64,000 nucleotides of DNA from Candidatus Obscuribacteraceae bacterium (GTDB taxonomy: Bacteria; Cyanobacteriota; Vampirovibrionia; Obscuribacterales; Obscuribacteraceae), in assembly GCA_044226015.1 (NCBI GenBank), contig JBGAHS010000006.1:192001-256000 (forward strand), in the 5' to 3' direction. This document shows positions 36,915 through 46,389 of this stretch, piece by piece. The notes beneath the pieces were generated by a model that made no database searches, was not told the DNA's origin, and saw nothing but the letters and a program-made list of their open reading frames with translations. The translations under genes were made by a program, and so were the position numbers. How positions within the stretch are numbered: the stretch's first letter is position 1; the number at the start of each line of letters is the position of its first letter.

Positions 36915-38180
36915 ATGAAATCAATTCTTCAAAGCGTTTGTTTGTCCCTTTTGATTCCCAGTGCCCTCTTGTGCACTTTCGATTCTGCACAGGCACAGTA
37001 TTCAAAATACAAGCCGGGAGATCGTGTTGAAGTCATGTTCTCCGGAAGATGGCAGCCTGGCACAGTAAAGCCTCTGGCTAAGAACGATCTCAATAGAACC
37101 GGAAGCAAGTATCGCGTACAAATTGACAGTATGCCTGATTATCTTCAACCTGAAGGCACCGAGATTATGGTTGATGATATTCGTCCTGGTGGAGCTCCTG
37201 CAGCAGGAAATGACGGAGCCACACCTGTGGCTCCCGCCGCCCAGGGAGCTGCCGGAGCTGGAGCAACATTTCGACCGGGACAACGAGTGGAAGCCATGTT
37301 TGGAGGTAGATGGCAGTCTGGCACTGTTATGCCACTACTAAAGAATGACCTCAATCAGACGGGGAGCAAGTTGCGAATAAAACTTGACAGCATGGCCGAT
37401 TATCTTCAACCTGACGGCACAGAAATAATGGCCGTCGATGTACGAGCTGGAGGAGCGCAGCCTCCTGCGCAGGGCGCTCCAATGGCAAACAATGTAGGTA
37501 ACCCTGCTGGAGTGTCGCAAAATGCACAGCTTCATCCAGGAACTGGCTTTAGACCAGGCGATCGGGTTGAAGCGACCTGGAATGGAAGGCAAGTCACAGG
37601 GACAGTCATCCCGCTTCTGCCTAATGATCTTAATAAGACTGGAAGCAAGATACGAGTAAGAATTGACGGCTTAGCTGACTATCTGCAACCTGAAGGCACA
37701 GAGATAATGGCTGTCGACGCTAAGCACACAAACGCTGGTATAAACCATGACAAATTTGAGAATGGGCTACCCGCGGCGTGGAATCCAGGCAAAGCGCCAA
37801 TTCCGCCGGGCGGAGCGGCACCAGCAAAGCCACCAGGCGGTGCTCAGGCAGGTGAATATGTTGGCAAGTCAAACGCTGGAAGTCCGAAGATGATTGGCAA
37901 TGTTCCCGACATGAATGGAACGGCCTGGAAGATGCTTTTTGACCGAGCCGTGCATGTTGTGCCAGTACTTTATTTCAGACGCACTGGACGATATGAAACC
38001 GTCCAGCTCGCCGCCGGTATGCAAGGCAATTATCAGCAAAACGGCAGCAAATTGCTATTGACTGCTAACGGAAAAACTGACGCATACAACATGACCTTTG
38101 ATCCTGCTACTAACATCTTGCGTCTTGATGCTGACGGTGACAAGCTAAAGTTGCTCTATGATGGTCCCATTCCACGCTAG
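36915..38180 (+). CDS. Exported protein with three tandem SH3/Tudor-like repeats and a C-terminal beta domain
   Basis: Signal peptide ending AQA|Q; three copies of [YF]xPGxRVE...W..GTV.PL..NDLN.TGSK.R..ID...DYLQP.GTEIM. Confidence 0.85.
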   Translation: MKSILQSVCLSLLIPSALLCTFDSAQAQYSKYKPGDRVEVMFSGRWQPGTVKPLAKNDLNRTGSKYRVQIDSMPDYLQPEGTEIMVDDIRPGGAPAAGNDGATPVAPAAQGAAGAGATFRPGQRVEAMFGGRWQSGTVMPLLKNDLNQTGSKLRIKLDSMADYLQPDGTEIMAVDVRAGGAQPPAQGAPMANNVGNPAGVSQNAQLHPGTGFRPGDRVEATWNGRQVTGTVIPLLPNDLNKTGSKIRVRIDGLADYLQPEGTEIMAVDAKHTNAGINHDKFENGLPAAWNPGKAPIPPGGAAPAKPPGGAQAGEYVGKSNAGSPKMIGNVPDMNGTAWKMLFDRAVHVVPVLYFRRTGRYETVQLAAGMQGNYQQNGSKLLLTANGKTDAYNMTFDPATNILRLDADGDKLKLLYDGPIPR

Positions 38181-38412
38181 CAATTACCCAAGCAGTCTGG
38201 TCGCCACTTACTTAAGTCTTGAATCTTTGTCGCTGTAAGATCTCTCAGCTGTCTTTCTTGCGCCAATTCCAGGGATACAATTCGATCAATAGCAAGTGAC
38301 TGCCCGACAGCCATGGGTTCCATCATTCTTGATCACTTCCAGTCTTTTAAACTTCTTAGAAGCTAGTTCTTTCTATGAATTGATGAGAAAAGCGCAGGAC
38401 TGCTCTTCAATA

Positions 38413-40584
38413 CTAATGCAATTGATTGACGAAGCTCAATTCCTTGCTACGCGACGGGTCAAGAAGATTTGGCCAGGTCAAAAGAGCCATGCTTCGTCCA
38501 ACAAGATTGAATACTTCTCTATTTGCCAGACAAGAGGGCGCAACGATCGAACTGTCTGTGTAAAGCAGCAGCTCAAGTTGATCCTCCTTACTGGCAGCTA
38601 CAGGAAGGCGGAAATCAATATCATCATGATGAGCATTGAGAAGCAGCAAGAAATTGTTATCCATGATGCGCTCACCCTGCTCGTTCATTTCATCAATTTG
38701 TCCATTGAGAACAACACCGAGGCAGCGTACAAAACCGGCATTCCAGTCTTTGTCTTGCATGACATTGCCGTTAGGGTTTAGCCAATAAATGTCTTTGAAC
38801 TCTGTCCCTCTAATTTCTTTTCCATGGAAGAAACGGCGGCGATGGAGAACAGGGTGCGATTGCCGCAGCTTTATCACCGAGCATACAAAGCGGAAGAATT
38901 CCAATTTCTCTTCATTGAATTCCCAATTCAACCAGCTGATGGGATTGTCCTGACAGTAAGCATTGTTATTACCATCCTGCGAATTGCCAAATTCATCGCC
39001 AGAATAGAGCATTGGTACACCCTGCGAGAGCAAAAGTGTGGCAATGAAATTTCGTCTCTGTCGTGCTCTAACTGCGAGAATCCTTTTCTCATCGGTATCA
39101 CCTTCAACACCACAGTTCCAGCTGTAGTTGTCGTTAGCGCCGTCTCGATTGTTTTCGCCATTTGCTTCATTGTGTTTATAGTTGTATGCAACCAGGTCAC
39201 TCAATGTAAATCCGTCATGGCAGGTCACGAAATTGACGCTTGCGTAAGGACGTCTTCCGCTATGCTCATAGAGATCGCTGGAGCCAGTAAGCCTGGTGGC
39301 AAATTCGCTTACCGTTCCACCATCACCTTTCCAGAACGAACGAACATTGTCTCGATATTTTCCGTTCCACTCGGCCCAACCGACAGGAAATTGACCTACC
39401 TGGTAACCGCCGGGTCCCACATCCCAAGGCTCAGCTATGAGTTTCACTTGAGAGAGAATTGGGTCCTGGTGAATAATATCGAAAAATGCCGATAGCTGAT
39501 CGACGTCGTGTAGTTCACGGGCAAGTGCTGAAGCCAGGTCAAATCTGAATCCATCAACATGCATTTCCGTGACCCAGTAACGCAAACTGTCCATAATCAG
39601 CTGAAGCACGCGAGGATGCTGCATATTGAGAGTGTTTCCACACCCGGTGAAGTCAGCATAATAGCGTCGATCTTTTTCTTGGAGGCGGTAATAAGACCTA
39701 TTGTCGATGCCCTTAAGGGAGATCGTAGGACCTAGCTCATTTCCTTCAGCGGTATGGTTGTAAACCACATCTAGTATCACTTCAAGTCCATTTGCGTGCA
39801 AGGTGCGGACCATAGACTTGAATTCTTGAATTGCAAAATAAGGCAACGAATTCGAACTATAGCGCAGCTCAGGAGCGAAATAGGCGATGGTGTTGTAGCC
39901 CCAGAAATTATTGAGTCCTCGCTTGACCAGATTATGTTCATCCAAATGATGGTGAACTGGCATAAGCTCTACTGCAGTAACACCTAGCTTGTGCAGATGA
40001 CTAATTGCAGCTTCGCTTGCAAGACCCGCATAGGTACCGCGTAAATGCTCTGGAACGCCAGGCATCAGCTTGGTGAAGCCTCTAACATGCATCTCGTAAA
40101 TCACAGATTTATGAAACGGTATTTTCAAAAGCTGGTCATTGCCCCAGGTGAAGGCAGTGTCAATTACCTGTGCTCGAGGCGCATAAGGAGCACTGTCACG
40201 GTCATCGAAAGAGAGATCTAACTTGCTGTCCTTGATTTTGTAGCCGTACACAGAATCATGCCATTCCAGATCTTTCCCTATCGCTTTGGCGTAAGGATCG
40301 AGCAAGACTTTATTTGGGTTAAAGCGCAAGCCAGTTTTGGGTTCGTATGGACCATAAATTCTGTACCCATAGAGCTGCCCCGGTTTGATATCAGGAAAAT
40401 ATCCATGCCATACACGGTCAGTTTGCTCGGGCAATGGAATTCGCAATGACTCATAGGGCTCTGTGGGAGAGTCGAAAAGGCAGAGTTCAACTCTGTCTGC
40501 ATTCTCGGAGAATATGGAGAAATTAACTCCACGACCGTCCCAAGTAGCACCTAAAGGATAAGGAAGTCCTGGCCAAACGCGCAT
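38413..40584 (-). CDS. glgX: Glycogen debranching enzyme
   Basis: PYPLGAT, WGYNT, DVVYNHTAEG, DGFRFDLA, IAEPWD, FVTCHDGFTL, NNNAYCQDN. Confidence 0.97.
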   Translation of the reverse strand: MRVWPGLPYPLGATWDGRGVNFSIFSENADRVELCLFDSPTEPYESLRIPLPEQTDRVWHGYFPDIKPGQLYGYRIYGPYEPKTGLRFNPNKVLLDPYAKAIGKDLEWHDSVYGYKIKDSKLDLSFDDRDSAPYAPRAQVIDTAFTWGNDQLLKIPFHKSVIYEMHVRGFTKLMPGVPEHLRGTYAGLASEAAISHLHKLGVTAVELMPVHHHLDEHNLVKRGLNNFWGYNTIAYFAPELRYSSNSLPYFAIQEFKSMVRTLHANGLEVILDVVYNHTAEGNELGPTISLKGIDNRSYYRLQEKDRRYYADFTGCGNTLNMQHPRVLQLIMDSLRYWVTEMHVDGFRFDLASALARELHDVDQLSAFFDIIHQDPILSQVKLIAEPWDVGPGGYQVGQFPVGWAEWNGKYRDNVRSFWKGDGGTVSEFATRLTGSSDLYEHSGRRPYASVNFVTCHDGFTLSDLVAYNYKHNEANGENNRDGANDNYSWNCGVEGDTDEKRILAVRARQRRNFIATLLLSQGVPMLYSGDEFGNSQDGNNNAYCQDNPISWLNWEFNEEKLEFFRFVCSVIKLRQSHPVLHRRRFFHGKEIRGTEFKDIYWLNPNGNVMQDKDWNAGFVRCLGVVLNGQIDEMNEQGERIMDNNFLLLLNAHHDDIDFRLPVAASKEDQLELLLYTDSSIVAPSCLANREVFNLVGRSMALLTWPNLLDPSRSKELSFVNQLH

Positions 40585-40731
40585 AAACAGCTCAATACCT
40601 GGTAAATCAAGTATGGATCATAACACAGCTTCTTGTTGCGATGAATAGATACTTGCGCCCATGCAGAGGCTTTGTGTTATAAGTGATGTTTTGTCTATGC
40701 CAGCAAACTACACTTTGAGTATTTCTATCGA

Positions 40732-41649
40732 ATGTTCATTATCGAGCTATTGATACTACTTCTGTTCCTCCTTTTGGTTGCTGGAACATTTGCAGAAGCA
40801 TTTGCAATACTAGGTCGCCTATATCGAAGTAATTGGAAGCTAAGAACCCTCAGGCGAATAGACTATCTATTGATGATGCTTTCAGGTCTGGGAATCGCAT
40901 GCATAACATATGGCTTTTTCGAGCCATATGAATTAGAACAAACCAGCCTTCACTTGAGTTCAAAGAAACTCTCCAGAGGTAGCAACATACGCATAGCTCT
41001 GATTTCAGATCTTCACTGCGATGGACAATTGCGAACCGAAGAGAAACTCATCAAGGCAATTTCTGAATCGCACCCTGATCTAATTTTCTTCACGGGAGAT
41101 GCCACCAACGGAAGAAAGGGTCTGGAACTTTTTCGAAAGACTATGACCTCGTTAGCAAAGATAGCTCCTGTTTTTGCCTGTGACGGAAATCATGACACCT
41201 ATAGCGACATGTCATCGAATGAGAGATACGAAAACACTGGAGTAAAGTTCTTGAACTGTTCAGCAGCCGTTCTCGCGATAAGAAAGAACCTTATCTGGGT
41301 TGGTGGTGTTTCGGTCGATAATCTCAGCTGCATTGACCGCACACTTGAAACGTCTCCTCCCGATTCATTTCGCGCGTTTCTGTTTCACTACCCAGAAGGT
41401 ATTGAAGTTGCAGCCAAATATGGTGTTGACCTCTGTTGTGCAGGACACACCCATGGAGGTCAAGTCCGACTTCCGTTTTATGGGGCACTGATTACCATGG
41501 CACAGTCAGGCAAGAAGTACGAATGGGGACATTATGTCCTTGAGAAAACAGATGCTTATGTCAACAGAGGCATAGGCATGACGGCGCTTCCGATCAGGTT
41601 TCTGGCGCCACCCGAACTAACGATTATTGATGTAGCGGGTTCAGGCTAA
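40732..41649 (+). CDS. Membrane-anchored metallophosphoesterase (YkuE-like)
   Basis: ISDLH, FTGD, GNHD, GHTHGGQ, YVNRGIG, RFLAPPE. Confidence 0.92.
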   Translation: MFIIELLILLLFLLLVAGTFAEAFAILGRLYRSNWKLRTLRRIDYLLMMLSGLGIACITYGFFEPYELEQTSLHLSSKKLSRGSNIRIALISDLHCDGQLRTEEKLIKAISESHPDLIFFTGDATNGRKGLELFRKTMTSLAKIAPVFACDGNHDTYSDMSSNERYENTGVKFLNCSAAVLAIRKNLIWVGGVSVDNLSCIDRTLETSPPDSFRAFLFHYPEGIEVAAKYGVDLCCAGHTHGGQVRLPFYGALITMAQSGKKYEWGHYVLEKTDAYVNRGIGMTALPIRFLAPPELTIIDVAGSG

Positions 41650-41754
41650 GCCATATCTCATGTTACGTTAGCGCCATAAGGCGTAATTCTCCCATTGTTG
41701 CCGAATTCTGTCATTCTTAAGATCCTATTGGAAGTGGCTAAGAAGGTTGTGCAA

Positions 41755-42168
41755 ATGGCAGAAATTATTCTCACACCAAAAGAACGCGAAGCTGTGTCAA
41801 AGGCGACAAATTTCGCCGAAATGGGAAATGGAAGCCGCTTGCGCGACATGGTCGAAGACGAACCAAGCTTCGACAAGCACACGAAGATCATCAACGAAAT
41901 GTTGAGCCTTAACCAACAACATATCAAGTTGGTTGAACTTCAAATCAAGGAAGGCAAGGACCCTAAACCTGAACCCGTGCCAAAGTTGAAACTAGATGTG
42001 GTCAAACGCGATGAAAACGGTCAGGTAGTGATCGAACGCTCACTCTCCTCTGGCAAAGACAAAGTTTTTCGCGAAGTTTACAACGATACCACTAAGCAGT
42101 ATCTTGACCCAGGCAGTTGCCCACGACCAACTGGCATAATTCCGCACTTCATTCCGCACAACAACTAA
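41755..42168 (+). CDS. Hypothetical protein
   Basis: AAGG RBS-like sequence before ATG 41755; converges on the kinase stop. Confidence 0.7.
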   Translation: MAEIILTPKEREAVSKATNFAEMGNGSRLRDMVEDEPSFDKHTKIINEMLSLNQQHIKLVELQIKEGKDPKPEPVPKLKLDVVKRDENGQVVIERSLSSGKDKVFREVYNDTTKQYLDPGSCPRPTGIIPHFIPHNN

Positions 42169-42170
42169 GC

Positions 42171-44180
42171 CTACGACTTCATTCTTGCCAACTCCGAGTT
42201 GATCAAATCCGCATCAGCTTGTTTGCCTACTTCAGTAAGTGCAACAGCGAGTTTCGAAAGTTCTTCTTTTAACTGGTAATTGTAATCGCTGCCTTTACTA
42301 ATGCTGCGTCTTATGGATGCAATGATCTGCTTCCTCAACGTGATTTCGTCTTCTACTTTTCCAGTTCTGCGTGTGATCTCAATCAACTGCGTGAACGCGG
42401 CGGGAAAGGGCTCGGAACTAGCCTCTTGTTGTAAATGCAACACTGCTGTGAACAATTTGGTAGCTTCTGCAATGTTTCCTTTAGATAACATGATTTCAGC
42501 CAGACGAGTTGTTTTGTATTCATCTACTTGTGCGTCAACATTTCTTTCTTTGAGATAAGCGAGTTCTTCATCTACAAGTCCCAGTTTGTTCGCTAAGATA
42601 AAGAGCTTATCTTTGATTCGTCGCTGGCTGGAAGGTTCTTTTGTTAGGGCTAATGCCTTTTCGAGATAGGGCTTGGCTAGTCCGGCACGGTACTCCTCAT
42701 TGCCATTTTGATTTTCTCTAGCACCAAGAGGCGTCCAAGCCAAATTTCCCACTGACATATTGCAATAAGCGCTGTGGGTTTTGGTAATTTCGTCCGCGGC
42801 ACGCTCATTCAAAAATGCAAGAAAAGCGGTGCTCTCATGTTTCTTTTGAGCAAGCGCAATCGCCTCTTCCCAATCATGCGAGACTTGATCGTAGTTATCA
42901 TGAATTGCTGCTAGTGTTGCATGATCAATATACTCTTGTACGGTATGCTGGGTAAGCGCCTGGAAACCGAGATACATGCCAGTTGCAAGAATCGAAACTG
43001 CGGTTGTAGCACGATACCATCGCTGGTGCTTCTTGTAACCTTTTTTGAAATACCTGGCGGCGGAATTTTTAAACCGAATCGGAGCTTGTCGAATTTTGCT
43101 TAGCAATGTGCTCGTCTTCCTTGCACTTCCAATTTTCCTCAACTCAGCCGATAGTGCTTTGAATGACTGCGGACGAAGGCTGGGGTCTTTTTCCAGACAA
43201 GAAAAGATAAGCGCTTCAAGCTCGGGTGGAATGTTGAAGTCAGGGCGAACTCTTCGCATACTTGGAGCCTGCTCTTGCAAGTGCCCCATCAAGATTTCGA
43301 CAGAATTCAACCCAGTAAACGGAAGTGTTCCTGATAGCGCTTCATACATAATGACGCCAAGTGAGTAAATATCCGAACGTTCATCAAGGCGTTGACTCAA
43401 GCATTGTTCAGGACTCATATAAATAGGACTGCCAATGATTTCGCCCAACTGGGTCATGCGTGTAGTAGCGTCACGGCTTGCACGCTGGAAGACTCGCGCA
43501 ATACCGAAATCAACAACCTTCACCAGTTCAGTCTCACCCGAAGAGGAAAGAATGATATTGCTCGGCTTCAAATCCCTGTGAACTACACGCTTCTCATGCG
43601 CATGCTCAAGAGCATCACATACTTGTGCTGTAATTTCTAGTAAGCGATCTACATCAATGAAACCAACATCCATGAGTAATTCTTCGAGGGTCATTCCGTC
43701 GAGAAACTCCATAACGAAGAACGGACGTTTGTCCTCAGTCAGTCCGGAATCATAAATGGGAACAATGTTTGGATGCGTCAAAAGGCTTGTCGTTTTCAAC
43801 TCTTGTTGAAAGCGCTTCACACTCACCGGGTCGCCCGATAGTTCTTTGCGAAGTACTTTCATTGCGTAAAACTGGTCGCCAGCAACGCGCCTTACCTTAT
43901 AAACAATACCCATGCCCCCCTCTCCAAGGGTTTCTATAACCTCATATGATTCTGCCCTTACACAAACTTGCTGATTCTGTTCGTCATGCGTTGATGCCTT
44001 TGCGCTTTTCTCATCGATTTGCTGAGAAAGATGCTCAGAGCTTGTTTTCAAAACAGTTTTGGTTTCCAAATCAACTGACGAAATCAGCTTGTTTTGTGTC
44101 GGTGCTTCTCCAGTTTCTCTGGCATCACTGAGTCGAGGCTCGGCAACTTTGGTGGAAATCTTGCTAGGCATCGTGCGCAT
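42171..44180 (-). CDS. Ser/Thr kinase with TM helix and TPR-like C-terminus
   Basis: GEGGMGIVY, HRDLKPSN, DFGIA, GSPIYMSPEQ; AVSILATGMYLGF TM. Confidence 0.95.
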   Translation of the reverse strand: MRTMPSKISTKVAEPRLSDARETGEAPTQNKLISSVDLETKTVLKTSSEHLSQQIDEKSAKASTHDEQNQQVCVRAESYEVIETLGEGGMGIVYKVRRVAGDQFYAMKVLRKELSGDPVSVKRFQQELKTTSLLTHPNIVPIYDSGLTEDKRPFFVMEFLDGMTLEELLMDVGFIDVDRLLEITAQVCDALEHAHEKRVVHRDLKPSNIILSSSGETELVKVVDFGIARVFQRASRDATTRMTQLGEIIGSPIYMSPEQCLSQRLDERSDIYSLGVIMYEALSGTLPFTGLNSVEILMGHLQEQAPSMRRVRPDFNIPPELEALIFSCLEKDPSLRPQSFKALSAELRKIGSARKTSTLLSKIRQAPIRFKNSAARYFKKGYKKHQRWYRATTAVSILATGMYLGFQALTQHTVQEYIDHATLAAIHDNYDQVSHDWEEAIALAQKKHESTAFLAFLNERAADEITKTHSAYCNMSVGNLAWTPLGARENQNGNEEYRAGLAKPYLEKALALTKEPSSQRRIKDKLFILANKLGLVDEELAYLKERNVDAQVDEYKTTRLAEIMLSKGNIAEATKLFTAVLHLQQEASSEPFPAAFTQLIEITRRTGKVEDEITLRKQIIASIRRSISKGSDYNYQLKEELSKLAVALTEVGKQADADLINSELARMKS

Positions 44181-44594
44181 CTCCCTCTGGCTATGGGCCG
44201 ATCTTAATGCGCGATAGAAAATACGACATCAAACAAAGGTCATTTTGTATGAATGACATTCCGCACAGATCAGTTATCTCTTCTACTTAGTATCATTCTT
44301 CTCCGCCTCCGCGCAAATTCGCCGACAAAGAGTGATTCCTTTGCTGCCGGCATGTGGGGAGATTCGTGTCTAGGAGTTTTGTCTATCTGTGGCTATTAAC
44401 CCAACATCGGATTCTCACTGAGTAGGGAAGATCTCACCGAGTCCAGAGCTGGAAAGCAGATCGCTGGACGAATGCTTCCGCCCAAGCGCTATCAATTGGA
44501 ACTAACAGCAGCTGATGGAGCGGTTCTGGGTGGATTGATTGCTGTATCCTTCAAAACCAATCAAATAGATTAGCAGCATCTAACAATGGAAGGC

Positions 44595-44650
44595 TTGACG
44601 AAGTAGACCGACCGGTCTATTATTGTCCATCAATAGACGACTGGTCTACT
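44595..44650 (+). promoter_or_regulatory. sigma70 promoter with two NemR/TetR-type operators
   Basis: TTGACG (44595-44600), 17 nt, TATTAT (44618-44623); TAGACCGACCGGTCTA at 44604-44619 and TAGACGACTGGTCTA at 44634-44648. Confidence 0.85.
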
Positions 44651-44663
44651 GGAGGTCAAGCAA

Positions 44664-44930
44664 ATGAATTGTTTTCCAATCGCTGTGCAATATGGTCAAT
44701 CAGCAAGCGGCATGCAGGACGATATCGATTTCGCAGTTGAAGCCTTCGGCTCAATCTTTGATTCAGCAAGACAGGTTCTTGCAGCAATAACTGGAGGTTC
44801 TCCAAAAACTGAAGCAACCGCTGAATTATCGATACTGGCAGTAACGCAAAATCACTACATAAATCAGCCCAGCCACCGGCTCACTAAATATAATTCCGGT
44901 AATCAAGTGAAGATCAGAGCAATACACTAA
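44664..44930 (+). CDS. Small hypothetical protein, first gene of the operator-controlled unit
   Basis: GGAGG RBS at 44651-44655; stop 15 nt before the next start. Confidence 0.6.
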   Translation: MNCFPIAVQYGQSASGMQDDIDFAVEAFGSIFDSARQVLAAITGGSPKTEATAELSILAVTQNHYINQPSHRLTKYNSGNQVKIRAIH

Positions 44931-44945
44931 AAAGAGGACAGAAAA

Positions 44946-45938
44946 ATGAAAGCATTGGTTGCTACCAAATTGGGAGATACAGATGTACTTGCTTTGCAGG
45001 ACGTCGACAAACCTACCGTTAAAGCGAACGATATCCTCATAGAGGTTGTCGCTACAGCGATGAATCCTGTTGATACCAAAGCCAGGAAGCATGGACTGGG
45101 TGGTATGTTACTGCCACCATTTGTTCTGGGTTTCGATGTAAGTGGTATCGTCAAGGAAGTTGGCGAGAATGCAAAAGGAAAGTTCTCTGTTGGTGAAGAA
45201 GTTTTTGGATTCTTAAACCTATTCCAAAATGGAGCAAACGCAGAGTTCGTCTCAGCAGACTATAGAACAATTGCGAAGAAACCAAAGTCGATTGAACATG
45301 TTCAAGCAGCAGCATTTCCAATTGCGGTGCTAACAGCTTGGGATGGCATCAACGACCGTCTGAATGTTCAGGCTGGTGAAACCGTTCTTATTCACGCAGG
45401 TGGTGGCGGTGTCGGACACTTCGCAATACAGTTAGCCAAATTGCGCGGTGCGCGGGTCATAACTACGGCAAGCTCAGCAGCCTCAATTGAACTAGTGAAG
45501 TCCCTTGGTGCAGACATTGTTATTAACCACAAAGAGAAAGACTTCGTAGCCGAAATCGAATCAATTACTGGTGGCACTGGTGTGCCAGCAATATTTGATT
45601 GCGTCGGCGGAGAAGTCTTCTACCAGTCATTGAAGGCACTTGAAAGTTGTGGAAGAATTGCCACCATTGTTGAAGGTGGTGAGAAGAATCCCAGCGCAGA
45701 CCTGTTCTTCAAAAACGCAACAGTGCACTATGTCTTCATCGGTGCTCCACTCTTGAATAACAAGAATCCAGAAGCGCAAGGAAAGGTCCTCACTGAGGCT
45801 GCAAAATTAGCCGAGCAAGGCAAACTTAAAGCACATGTCAGCCATGTTCTACCGCTGGAAGAGATTGCTGAAGCTCACAAACTTCAGGAATCAGGGAAAG
45901 TAACTGGAAAAATCGGAATCACAGTCAAACAGAAGTAA
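44946..45938 (+). CDS. NADPH:quinone oxidoreductase-like MDR-family enzyme
   Basis: MNPVDTK, VLGFDVSG, VLIHAGGGGVGHFAIQLAK, AEAHKLQESG. Confidence 0.93.
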   Translation: MKALVATKLGDTDVLALQDVDKPTVKANDILIEVVATAMNPVDTKARKHGLGGMLLPPFVLGFDVSGIVKEVGENAKGKFSVGEEVFGFLNLFQNGANAEFVSADYRTIAKKPKSIEHVQAAAFPIAVLTAWDGINDRLNVQAGETVLIHAGGGGVGHFAIQLAKLRGARVITTASSAASIELVKSLGADIVINHKEKDFVAEIESITGGTGVPAIFDCVGGEVFYQSLKALESCGRIATIVEGGEKNPSADLFFKNATVHYVFIGAPLLNNKNPEAQGKVLTEAAKLAEQGKLKAHVSHVLPLEEIAEAHKLQESGKVTGKIGITVKQK

Positions 45939-45962
45939 AACAGCGTAGTACCAAAATCTAGA

Positions 45963-45994
45963 AGAGGCTTGTACCTGTAAAAGTGCAAGCCTCT
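45963..45994 (+). terminator. Hairpin, possible terminator
   Basis: AGAGGCTTGTAC/GTGCAAGCCTCT; weak T-tract. Confidence 0.55.
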
Positions 45995-46389
45995 GTCCTA
46001 TCTAGAAATAGATTCAAGTTCTCTAGCTAAAGCAAATCTGCATCAATGATGGTGCTCATTTGGAAAACGCCAAAGCCGTTTAATCTGCACCGATATTTTG
46101 GTAAATGCTACCTATTTTGTTTGGACGAAATCGCTTATACCCATTGTCTTTTGGTCGTGCCAAGAATTTTGCACGCTTCTTGCACCTTATCTTTGTTAAC
46201 TTAATTTCAGCCGAAAGAACCGTAATCGACGGAATTCTACCGGAGAATTCAAAAATATTGAGTTACTAATTACCTCCCAAATCAGGATTTCAAAAGAGAC
46301 AACCAGGGGTTGTACCTTTGAGCATTCATCGTGGTGGCACCTAAGGTGGTGCCGCTGCTGCACAGTGTTTTTTAGCGGAGTAGAACGAA

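Noticed and set aside
37008..37724. DGR template/variable repeats or CRISPR
   Set aside because: In-frame domain repeats with mostly synonymous differences; no adenine-specific pattern and no reverse transcriptase in the window
38824..39495. 223-aa ORF (also 38296-38781) antisense to glgX
   Set aside because: Shadow ORFs on the strand opposite a strongly conserved gene
46020..46100. c-di-GMP-I riboswitch-like words (GCAAA...ACGCCAAAGCC) upstream of the hydrolase genes
   Set aside because: No GNRA-capped P2 stem or P1/P3 pairing could be built
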